A stretch of 38,855 nt of DNA from a virus, in the IMG/VR virus record IMGVR_UViG_3300001847_000521. One strand, 5' to 3'. A program made the position numbers and the translations under genes. The number at the start of each line of letters is the position of its first letter. The stretch's first letter is position 1. Below are positions 14,042 to 21,758 of this stretch, piece after piece. The notes under the pieces are model-generated. The model was not told where the DNA came from, searched no databases, and saw only the letters and a list, made by a program, of their open reading frames with translations.

Positions 14042-14715
14042 CGGAATAGCCCGCGAATGTCGGGTTTTCCGTTGCGCTCCCAAGCAATGTAAACGAGCAG
14101 CAAAATAACGGTGATGGCAGCCCAGACGCGCCAGTCGCCAGCGGCTTCAAGCAACGCAGAGCTTGCGGTGGTTGCGCCGGCAGCAATGGTCGCCCAGATT
14201 GTTTTGCTTTTGATGGCAGGCTTTGTGACGTTCGAGGCTGGCTCAACGTCAGGAGGCGGCGGGACTGGGTCACCTTTAATCTTCGACGCAAAAAGCGCCG
14301 CCTCGGCCTTGCGCCTGCGCGTGAGCCCGGCGAGAACTTTGCCGGCCGCCTTGTTCCAGAGCAGCAGTGCCGCCGGCACGTCGGCGTAGTTGCCGGCATT
14401 GAGCCGCTTCAGTGCGCTCGATCGGCCGAGGCCGCCGGTGTTGAACTGAAACGAGACCAGCGCATCAAATTGGTTCTGCGTCAGCGGCACCTTCACAAGG
14501 CGCCCGACGTCCGCCTCGACCGCTGCGAGATCGCGGCGCAGGATGTCCTCGGCTTCCTGCTTCGTGATCTTCATGCCGGCGACCACTTTCGGCTCGCCGG
14601 CCACGCTCGTGTGACCGTAGCCGATCGTGAGCACGCCAGCGGGGCAGCGATAGGCCTGCAGATACAGACCCTCAAATTCTTTAATTAGGTCAAGGCCGCG
14701 CTGGGACGTCTTCAT
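14038..14715 (-). CDS. GH24 phage lysozyme with a C-terminal transmembrane segment
   Basis: LIKEFEGLYLQAYRCPAGVLTIGYGHT plus NQFDALVSFQFNTG are GH24 hallmarks. The C-terminus WRVWAAITVILLLVYIAW is a strong TM helix. Start taken at MKTSQ (ATG 14715). Confidence 0.85.
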   Translation of the reverse strand: MKTSQRGLDLIKEFEGLYLQAYRCPAGVLTIGYGHTSVAGEPKVVAGMKITKQEAEDILRRDLAAVEADVGRLVKVPLTQNQFDALVSFQFNTGGLGRSSALKRLNAGNYADVPAALLLWNKAAGKVLAGLTRRRKAEAALFASKIKGDPVPPPPDVEPASNVTKPAIKSKTIWATIAAGATTASSALLEAAGDWRVWAAITVILLLVYIAWERNGKPDIRGLFR

Positions 14716-14837
14716 TGGCGGATCACCAGATAGGCAACGACGCACCAGAACGTAATTCCAGGATGGATGCCGATCTGCGCGATCACCCAGTCGTAGCCGG
14801 ATTTAATTTTCATGAAGGCATTTCCAATTCGATCCAT
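14712..14837 (-). CDS. 41-aa hydrophobic peptide upstream of the lysozyme
   Basis: Not in the track. Sequence: MDRIGNAFMKIKSGYDWVIAQIGIHPGITFWCVVAYLVIRQ. ATGA overlap with the lysozyme start; it begins immediately after the upstream stop. Confidence 0.4.
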   Translation of the reverse strand: MDRIGNAFMKIKSGYDWVIAQIGIHPGITFWCVVAYLVIRQ

Positions 14838-15227
14838 CTACATCCCCATCATCGGCCCGAAGAAACACTTGCGTTGCCCGCCCCATTCGCACCGCCACCA
14901 GCCGCCGTCAGGCGCCGGCAGCGTGTCTGCAAAGGGGACGACCTCGTGGACTTCAATGTCGAAGAACTTGTCGGGTGACGGCGTGACGCGGAACACGGCG
15001 TCAACCTTGTAGCCGTCGTGTGTCGCCACCACCGTGCCGCTTATCAGCTCACCGCAGTCGCGCTCGCCGCAGCACAATTCACCGACGCGGTTCTTGATTG
15101 CGCCGCGCTCGATCCACTCGGCGGATCCGTGTGCGTTGAGGGTTCTAACCAGAATAACCAGAATCCCGAGGCAGAGTAGCGCCATCAAGAACAGCTTGAG
15201 CGCCTGCAAAGCCTGCGCGCCGCTCAT
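14838..15227 (-). CDS. Signal-anchored Cys-rich periplasmic protein
   Basis: Track ORF trimmed to Met63 (ATG 15227; ATGA overlap). It has an N-terminal TM LKLFLMALLCLGILVILV followed by a CCGERDCG...CEWGGQRKC domain. Confidence 0.5.
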   Translation of the reverse strand: MSGAQALQALKLFLMALLCLGILVILVRTLNAHGSAEWIERGAIKNRVGELCCGERDCGELISGTVVATHDGYKVDAVFRVTPSPDKFFDIEVHEVVPFADTLPAPDGGWWRCEWGGQRKCFFGPMMGM

Positions 15228-15643
15228 TGAACATGGCGAAAAGCGATCACGCCTCTCAGGCTCCGCTCCCGCTCGCGCACTGCGTTTCCGTCGTTTCCGC
15301 TTTTTACTATCCACCCGGTCTCCGATCGTCCTGTGATGACACCCACGTGATGCGGCCAAACGACCACCACGCCATGACCTGGCCCGCCCGCGGGGCGGCC
15401 AATGCTTGCCCACTTACGCGCGAGCCAGAGCGCGCGATCGCGAAGGCCGAAGTAGTTCGCGAGCCAGCAGCCGCACCAGGCACGCGGTGGGCAGTTGCCC
15501 CGATCTGCGCTGACACGTGGCGCGTGCCTCGTGTGCACCGCCGGCGCCTGCCAGAAGTCCCGCGGGTCGCCGGGCTCAGCTGATGCGGGCAATAAAAAAG
15601 CCGCCCATAGGGCGGCTGCTAGGAACGATGCGTGTTTTTTCAT
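15224..15643 (-). CDS. Secreted NlpC/P60-CHAP-like cell-wall hydrolase (TIGR02594-like)
   Basis: Signal peptide MKKHASFLAAALWAAFLLPASA. WCGCWLANYF...KWASIG...GVVVVWPHHVGVITG...SGNDGNAV fits the Cys/His hydrolase pattern of TIGR02594 proteins. Confidence 0.6.
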   Translation of the reverse strand: MKKHASFLAAALWAAFLLPASAEPGDPRDFWQAPAVHTRHAPRVSADRGNCPPRAWCGCWLANYFGLRDRALWLARKWASIGRPAGGPGHGVVVVWPHHVGVITGRSETGWIVKSGNDGNAVRERERSLRGVIAFRHVQ

Positions 15644-17301
15644 TGCTGGATATACGGGTAACCTTCTGGTGTATGAGAAACGCGCCCAGCCAAGTAATCC
15701 GCAGCAAGCAACCCATGAGGCGGAATGTAATTATTGCCGAGCCAATCGGCTGCAGAAGCAAGCGGGCGACCGACGAGCCCGGCGGCGCGAGCGCCTGCGT
15801 TAGTGGCCTCCCCAACAACGCGGGGGATGGCCAGGCCTGCAGTCAACGCCATCCCAGAAAGAGTAAGCGGGTCAAGAACAGCAGCACCGTGAGCTGCGTT
15901 TACCGCTGTGTTGATAAATTGCGGGGCCATTCCTGCCGTTGTGACGGCGCCACCGACACCGCGAGGCGTCCAAGAATTGAATGACTGACCAGCTAGGGCT
16001 GGGATCAAATCGGGCGCCCCGTGCTGCGATAACTCTCGAACAAGCGCCTCGCGGTGGCCGAAGTTGCTGTTGGCGTTATTGCGCGTAATCGACTGCAGTT
16101 TGCGAAGCGTGGTGTCTGGTCTCGCGTTTCTTCCGGTGCTGAGCGTCTGCTCCATTTCGTTGGTGGCGTTGCGCGCAGCCCGATAATCTCCCATGACGTT
16201 TGCATAACCTGGGACGTTCTGCTCCAGCGTTTCGCGTACCGACCGCGCGATGTCCTCTGCAAAGCGGCGTTCTGGCGTGCGGTAGGTCTGACGCTCCGCA
16301 ATGTTGTTAAGTTCCTTTTTCAACGCATCAAAGCCTTCCGCCGTCCTGAACGCCGGATTTGGATTTGATCGATAGTCGCTCACAACTGTACCAACCTGCG
16401 CGCGCAGCGGGCCCATTGCCGGGTTTAGGGGTCTTCCTTCAAAGCGGCCGACGTTGTCTGAGTTCTGGATCGCTTGGTGGATGCGGTCGAAGGGCAGCTC
16501 AGCTTCCCCGGCGAGCGTCGCTCCGATGCGGCGGACGTAATTCTGACTTGCGGCCTCGTCCATGTTCCGGGTCGCATTCACCGCGTCACGAGCAACTTCA
16601 GCTAATAGCCCTGAACCGGACGGCGCGCGCATGTTGTCGGTGAAAACCCGGTTCTGTGCGGCGGTTGGGCCGGGCAACCCAGGCACGCCGGCACCATACC
16701 CGAGCCTGACGTTTTCAGCGATCGGCAACCCATAAGTTCCCGATGGGGCCGCTAATACCGTCCCCACTCCGCGCCCTACGACGCCTGCCCCGCGGCCGGC
16801 GATATAAAGCGGGTCTATTGTGCGCCCCGCCGCCGCGGCGAGTTCGCCTGCGCGCGCCAGTTGGCCGGGGAGCCGCGCAGCAATCGTTCCACCGCCTGAA
16901 AAAAACATCGACGCATCAGCAAGAACACCAACCGGATCCGTCGCTATCGTCTTTTTAAGTTGCTCTTCGCCGCCGTAGCGATCTTTGAGCGCTTCCCATG
17001 CAGCATCAGCATACTTTTCGTATTTACCGCCGGTCGTGGCCTTTTGCACAACGCCTGCGCCAAGCCTGCCAATGGACTTGGCCGTATCGATGGGGTGCAA
17101 AATAGGCTGAACTAGCGCTGCGGCGTTGTTGTATGCGCTTGAACCAATGTTCGATAACGCCTCACCGGGAACTTGTGCCCAACTTCGTTCTTCTTTTGGC
17201 AATGCGTCTTCACCAAAATGCGCGGCAAATTTATCGCGCATTTCTGGGTTGGCCCTTAAGTATTCGAGGTCGGCCTGTGTCGGCGCGGGACGTTCAGTCA
17301 T
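15640..17301 (-). CDS. Internal virion / ejection protein (hypothetical)
   Basis: About 553 aa, Ala/Gly-rich. The ATG at 17301 is preceded by GAGG at an 8-nt spacing (track start is TTG 17319). It sits in the block next to the SLT protein. Confidence 0.55.
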   Translation of the reverse strand: MTERPAPTQADLEYLRANPEMRDKFAAHFGEDALPKEERSWAQVPGEALSNIGSSAYNNAAALVQPILHPIDTAKSIGRLGAGVVQKATTGGKYEKYADAAWEALKDRYGGEEQLKKTIATDPVGVLADASMFFSGGGTIAARLPGQLARAGELAAAAGRTIDPLYIAGRGAGVVGRGVGTVLAAPSGTYGLPIAENVRLGYGAGVPGLPGPTAAQNRVFTDNMRAPSGSGLLAEVARDAVNATRNMDEAASQNYVRRIGATLAGEAELPFDRIHQAIQNSDNVGRFEGRPLNPAMGPLRAQVGTVVSDYRSNPNPAFRTAEGFDALKKELNNIAERQTYRTPERRFAEDIARSVRETLEQNVPGYANVMGDYRAARNATNEMEQTLSTGRNARPDTTLRKLQSITRNNANSNFGHREALVRELSQHGAPDLIPALAGQSFNSWTPRGVGGAVTTAGMAPQFINTAVNAAHGAAVLDPLTLSGMALTAGLAIPRVVGEATNAGARAAGLVGRPLASAADWLGNNYIPPHGLLAADYLAGRVSHTPEGYPYIQQ

Positions 17302-17306
17302 TTGCT

Positions 17307-18434
17307 TTACCTCGCCCAAGCCGGTGTTTGATCTTTGTCTTCGCGACCAAAAACTGAAGCTCTGTTCATCCGCAATACAGCTGAGCCAGCGGCCAGCGGC
17401 GAGCGCTTGCCTATCGCAATTGTTTCGTTCGTCAGGTTTTGAATTTGCTTCAGATATTTAATTTGCTCGGCGGGGTTTAATTTATTAAGTGACGGGAATT
17501 GATTGGCATACATTTGACGTTCGAAGTTAGAAACAGATCCTTCACCTTTGTTCTGCGCTGCGACGATCCTGGCTTCGATACCCTTGAGCGCGATGTCGTA
17601 ATCTTGGCGAGCCCTTTCTGCTTCTGTATTCAACAGGGTGCCAATCGCTCTGCCTGGCAACGACGCGGTATATGGGCCGACGGCATTTAGTCGTGCCGCT
17701 TTTTCATACGCGGCAACAGCTTGATCAAGCAGGGGCTGAAATTCTGCCGCCGCTGTTGCGCTTTTGACCGCCTCTTCTTCAAGATCGACCGCTTTCTTCG
17801 CCATAGCTTCTCGCAACTCTTTGGGGGAGCCGGGCAGCCCAGCGCCAACTGCGGTGGCTTGTGACTGAAAAGAAGGCATGGTCGGATTTTTGATTTCAGC
17901 GTCTGACAAGGCTGGAAGACCTTGTTCCGCTCTTATTTTGTTAATTTCTTCAAGCGCCTTTCGAATGGAGAGCTTTGTTTGCGCCTGCTTTTCTGGCGTC
18001 TCAAGCATGGCGTTTTGCACCATCGAAATGATGGTTTCCTTCGGCATGCTGTAGATCATTTCGCGCGGTAGATCGGGATAATGCTTGGCGAGTGCGTCCG
18101 CATACTTTGGCAGCATCTCTCTAAACTGCCGATCCCTCACGAGCTCCTGTCGCGCCTTTGCAACCTGCAGCGCCTCGAGCTGCGCTTTCTGCTGGTTCTT
18201 CATTTGCTCGTTGTACGAGGCAAGAGCCGGCCCGAGGTTCTGCAGCGACGCTGCGCGCTCGGACGGCATTTGCTTCTGGCCCGCGGCGAAGAGGACGGCG
18301 CCGAGCTGACCAAATTGCGCCAGGCGGGCGTTACGTGCGAATGCGTCCTGTTGCGCCTGCTCTTCAGGCGTCATGCCCGGTGCGGGAGCAGCCTGCTCGC
18401 CACCGCCAGTGAATAGATCGAGAAGCCCCGGCAT
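17307..18434 (-). CDS. Internal virion protein, coiled-coil rich (hypothetical)
   Basis: 375 aa. TAATG overlap with the upstream gene. Long Ala/Gln/Glu/Lys helical tracts. Confidence 0.55.
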   Translation of the reverse strand: MPGLLDLFTGGGEQAAPAPGMTPEEQAQQDAFARNARLAQFGQLGAVLFAAGQKQMPSERAASLQNLGPALASYNEQMKNQQKAQLEALQVAKARQELVRDRQFREMLPKYADALAKHYPDLPREMIYSMPKETIISMVQNAMLETPEKQAQTKLSIRKALEEINKIRAEQGLPALSDAEIKNPTMPSFQSQATAVGAGLPGSPKELREAMAKKAVDLEEEAVKSATAAAEFQPLLDQAVAAYEKAARLNAVGPYTASLPGRAIGTLLNTEAERARQDYDIALKGIEARIVAAQNKGEGSVSNFERQMYANQFPSLNKLNPAEQIKYLKQIQNLTNETIAIGKRSPLAAGSAVLRMNRASVFGREDKDQTPAWAR

Positions 18435-18976
18435 TAGGCGACCCCCTTCTGCATCAGGAGTTGATAAAGCACCGGCAGCGGCACGCCCTGCGGGACGTGA
18501 GCCGGCGCGGCCTGAAGCGACGCGACGCGCGGCTGCTCCTTCGGCGCGCCTGCCTTGAAGAGTTCGGCGCCCATTGACATCGCGGGCTTGTAGTCCATCG
18601 GCGTGGTCGGTGCCGCCGGCGTCGGCCAGGTCGCGGCGGGAGCGTTAGCTGGGGCAGAAAGCAGGCCCTGCATTGCAGCCGGCGCGCCGGGTGCGATAGA
18701 CGGCATGCCGTAGCCCGAGTTGCCCCAAGCTGGTGCGGCGCCGGCTTCGGCGAAGCCTGTCACCGGCATCGCCCGAGCTAGTGCTGACGGCGAAGAAAAC
18801 ACCGGCACCTGCGAAGACGATCGGGCCCCGTCAGCCAACGTAGCCAATGGGTTGGCCCTGCCGAGGACGAGCGGGTTAAACGCAGCCAGCGGCCCCAGGC
18901 CGCCGTAGGCGTCTGAGCCCGGCATCTGCGAAGGCAAATATATTTCGTTCCAGCGATCATCGAAAGTCATGGTCAC
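18434..18976 (-). CDS. Ala/Pro-rich virion protein (hypothetical)
   Basis: 180 aa. 4-nt overlap with the upstream SLT gene. Confidence 0.5.
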   Translation of the reverse strand: MTMTFDDRWNEIYLPSQMPGSDAYGGLGPLAAFNPLVLGRANPLATLADGARSSSQVPVFSSPSALARAMPVTGFAEAGAAPAWGNSGYGMPSIAPGAPAAMQGLLSAPANAPAATWPTPAAPTTPMDYKPAMSMGAELFKAGAPKEQPRVASLQAAPAHVPQGVPLPVLYQLLMQKGVA

Positions 18977-19650
18977 CTCATCAGCCCGAGCACGGGCAGC
19001 GGAATGTAGTTAGGACGCTGCATCGGCGCGGCGCGCAGCGGTGCGATCTCTTCTTGCTCTTTCTTCGGCCGGCTGCTGTCGCCAAGCAGCCCGCCGATCG
19101 TCGCGAGCAGCCCAAGCTGATCGCGCGCGGGATAAGCAGCTGCCGGCGTAGCGGCCGCGTCTGGCGCCACGGCAGCGGGAGCGCCAGCCCACCGCTCGGC
19201 GAATGTCGCTGGGCGCCTGTCGTAGAGCGCCATCACGCGGTCGGCGAAGGACGCGCCGGTCTGGTTGGGGTCGCCGGCATTCCAGGCAACCGCATTCGGG
19301 CCGACAGACTCAGCCGCGGGCGCCTGCGAGTTGAGCAGCCTCAGAGCGCCCTGCGCGCCCTGCTGGTGCGCCAAATAGAGTTGCGCGCCGGTCGGGTCCG
19401 CCACGCCACCGCGGGCGAGCGCGGCGCGGTTGTCTGCGGCGAGCCTCGCGGCGGCCTCTGCCGCGGCCATCGTGTCATATGGATCGGATAGACCGTAGGC
19501 CCGCGCAGTGCGCGGGATGAATTGGAAGTCGCCCGCGGCGCCGCTTTGCTTGTTGTAAACGTCGCGGCCGTTGCCGCTCTCAATCGCACGCACGCGCGAC
19601 AGGTAGCCCGGCGGCAAGCCGTAACGCTGCTCGATCGCGGAGAAGTCCAT
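18973..19650 (-). CDS. Virion-associated lytic transglycosylase (SLT domain)
   Basis: RAIESGNGRDVYNKQSGAAGDFQFIPRTARAYGL...AAARLAADN matches the SLT ES...S.aGA.G.mQf..T motif. Confidence 0.8.
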   Translation of the reverse strand: MDFSAIEQRYGLPPGYLSRVRAIESGNGRDVYNKQSGAAGDFQFIPRTARAYGLSDPYDTMAAAEAAARLAADNRAALARGGVADPTGAQLYLAHQQGAQGALRLLNSQAPAAESVGPNAVAWNAGDPNQTGASFADRVMALYDRRPATFAERWAGAPAAVAPDAAATPAAAYPARDQLGLLATIGGLLGDSSRPKKEQEEIAPLRAAPMQRPNYIPLPVLGLMR

Positions 19651-21194
19651 CAGGCGAAGGCCTTCTTCATCGGACCAAAGCCGAGGTTGACGGAGAGCTT
19701 GCCGCCGACCTCACGAACCTGATCGGGGAACTTCTTCGCAATGTCCTGCGCCATCGGGCCGACGACCTTCGGATATGTCTTCGGGTCGCCCTTGTAGCGG
19801 TAGGCGTAAAGGTCGAGGCCGGTCTCGGTGTCCTTGCCGACCTTTTTGATGTCGGTCTTCTCGGTGCGGTCGGACAAGAATGACAGGCCCATCATTCCAA
19901 GGCCGAGGCCCTGCATCCACGGATTGGACGACGGCCCCGGCGCCACCGTAATGCCGGTCGTCGTGTTGCCGTAAGGCGAGTTCGACAGCGCGCTCTGCAG
20001 CACCTGCAGCTGCTGCAATGGCATATTTGCTTGCTCACTGTAGAGCTGCTGCGCCGCCGCAAGCTGCGCCTGCTGCTGCGCCTGCAGCTGAGCCTGGCCG
20101 CCCATTGCCGCCTGAATGCCGGCGATGTTGGCTGCCTGCCCCTGAGTGGCAAGCGCGCCAAGGTTCTGCGCGCCGGCGAGGCCGAGTTGAGCGTTCTGCA
20201 GGCCTGCGTTCTGATTGGCGAGGTTGGCCTGCTGTACTGCCTGCTGATTGGCAAGCAGGGCCTGCATCTGCGCGGCCTGGTTAACTTGATTGGCCTGCTG
20301 TCCATATTGTTGGTTGGCGAGCGCGGCCTGAAGACCAAGCGATTGATTAGCGAGGTTGGCCTGCTGATTGTATTGTTGGTTCGCCAATCCAGTCTGCAGC
20401 GCTGCAGCCTGATTGAGTTGATTGGCCTGCTGCTCGTATTGCTGGTTGGCGAGCGAGCCCTGGAAGCCAAGAGACTGATTAGCGAGGTTGGCCTGCTGCT
20501 GCAGTTGCGCCTGCTGTTGGGCGGCGTTGAGAACGACGGGGACGGCCTGGTTGTAGAGCTGGCCCGCGAGCTGCGCACCTTGCATGCCGTATTGCGCGTT
20601 GGTGACACCCTCCTGCACGCCCTGCCGGGATCCACCGAAGGCGCCGGCGCGTGTCGCATTGTCTCCAATCTGATTGAGCGCCTGCTGCCGCTGCTGATCC
20701 AGAACGGACAACGTCGGATTGATCACGTTCTGGACGTATGGGTTCATAAATTGCGGCAGGTTGCTCGCAATATCTGCACCCTGCACGCTCTGCGGGCCGG
20801 CATTTTGCACCGCAGACATCATTGGAATGCTGCCGAACGACGCGCCCTGGACGCTCTGCGGGCCGGCATTCTGTACCGTCGACATCATCGGCACGCCGCC
20901 GATCTGCGCGCCATAAACAGTTAGCGGCGAGTAGTTCATCGCGCTGGCAGCGCCGAGCTGAGCATAATCATAGGCTGGCTGCGTCGAGCCGACGTTGCCC
21001 TGCAGCGCGTTGATGTTGGCGAGCTGCCCCGACGTCATGTCGGCGACGCGCTGGCCCTGATATGGCCCCGCCAGGTTCTGCGAGGCCTGCTGCGCCTGCG
21101 CGTAGTTAGACTGCGCGGCGCTATTGACCCAGTCAGGCAGCTCGACCTTCGTGCTCTGCGTCGTGGTCTGTGGTTGTGAACTACTGCCGCCCAT
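19650..21194 (-). CDS. Q/N-rich fibrous protein with a C-terminal S74-type intramolecular chaperone domain
   Basis: Trimmed to Met24 (ATG 21194, AAGGAG 8 nt upstream). It has ANQQY/QQAN repeats at aa 247-408 (track ORF numbering) and the C-terminal motif SDRTEKTDIKKV... Confidence 0.7.
   Translation of the reverse strand: MGGSSSQPQTTTQSTKVELPDWVNSAAQSNYAQAQQASQNLAGPYQGQRVADMTSGQLANINALQGNVGSTQPAYDYAQLGAASAMNYSPLTVYGAQIGGVPMMSTVQNAGPQSVQGASFGSIPMMSAVQNAGPQSVQGADIASNLPQFMNPYVQNVINPTLSVLDQQRQQALNQIGDNATRAGAFGGSRQGVQEGVTNAQYGMQGAQLAGQLYNQAVPVVLNAAQQQAQLQQQANLANQSLGFQGSLANQQYEQQANQLNQAAALQTGLANQQYNQQANLANQSLGLQAALANQQYGQQANQVNQAAQMQALLANQQAVQQANLANQNAGLQNAQLGLAGAQNLGALATQGQAANIAGIQAAMGGQAQLQAQQQAQLAAAQQLYSEQANMPLQQLQVLQSALSNSPYGNTTTGITVAPGPSSNPWMQGLGLGMMGLSFLSDRTEKTDIKKVGKDTETGLDLYAYRYKGDPKTYPKVVGPMAQDIAKKFPDQVREVGGKLSVNLGFGPMKKAFA
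20040..20525 (-). repeat. In-frame Gln/Asn/Ala-rich tandem repeats (about 40-aa units) inside the fibre gene
   Basis: LANQSLG(F/L)Q..LANQQY.QQANQ.NQAA..Q is repeated. The DNA shows recurring ctgattagcgaggttggcctgctg blocks. Confidence 0.7.
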
Positions 21195-21619
21195 CAGGTC
21201 AGCTCCTTCCGATAAATTTCTTGCTTGCTCTTCCAGCCGCGGCGGGCGGCCGATCGGCGCCAACCTGGGCGCGCTATTGCTTCAATAAAATCGCAGCCCT
21301 CGCTGCGAGCGAAGTCCTCGATTTGCGGCTCGAGGGAAAGGACGTCCTCGAGCTCTCCAACCGCGAGAAACACATTCAGGATCTTCTTGCGCGGCGCCTG
21401 ATGCACCGACGTGATGGCGAAACTGTCGCCCTTTACCCAGGCCTGCATTTCGCGCCGATCGAGCGCGTCCTTGATATCGGCAAGCGTGTGCGTGTTGCCT
21501 GCAATGGCGAGCGCCCTCTCGAGGCGTCTTTGCAGCTCAGAGCTTCCGATCCTTGCCGGGCTCTGCGGCGATTGCGAGGGTTCCTGTGTCGCTGACGGTG
21601 ACTGCGTAGATTGTTCCAT
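21194..21619 (-). CDS. Hypothetical structural-module protein
   Basis: 141-aa ORF. Its 5' end overlaps the upstream ORF by 83 nt, so the true start may be internal. Confidence 0.45.
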   Translation of the reverse strand: MEQSTQSPSATQEPSQSPQSPARIGSSELQRRLERALAIAGNTHTLADIKDALDRREMQAWVKGDSFAITSVHQAPRKKILNVFLAVGELEDVLSLEPQIEDFARSEGCDFIEAIARPGWRRSAARRGWKSKQEIYRKELT

Positions 21620-21758
21620 TAGGGCTCTGCAACAGGATGCGCGGCGCGGCCTCGCTTTTGCTGATCGCGCTTGAAAATGTGCGCTTAACAGCGTCGAGGG
21701 TCTGCGACATCCACGATGGGTTGTATTGCGACGGCGGAACGGTGAAGTTGACGATCAT
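21537..21758 (-). CDS. Hypothetical small virion protein
   Basis: 73 aa. ATGA overlap with the upstream gene. Confidence 0.5.
   Translation of the reverse strand: MIVNFTVPPSQYNPSWMSQTLDAVKRTFSSAISKSEAAPRILLQSPNGTIYAVTVSDTGTLAIAAEPGKDRKL

Noticed and set aside
13983-14399. 138-aa ORF embedded in an alternative frame of the lysozyme/holin genes (possible embedded spanin)
   Set aside because: It is Arg/Pro/Ser-rich with no lipobox or TM segment, and it has no RBS. It is judged a shadow frame.
20031-20924. 297-aa plus-strand ORF and 258-aa alternative minus-frame ORF (19892..20668) across the Q/N repeat region
   Set aside because: Repetitive DNA keeps several frames open. Only the frame ending in the S74 motif and starting with a good RBS is coherent.
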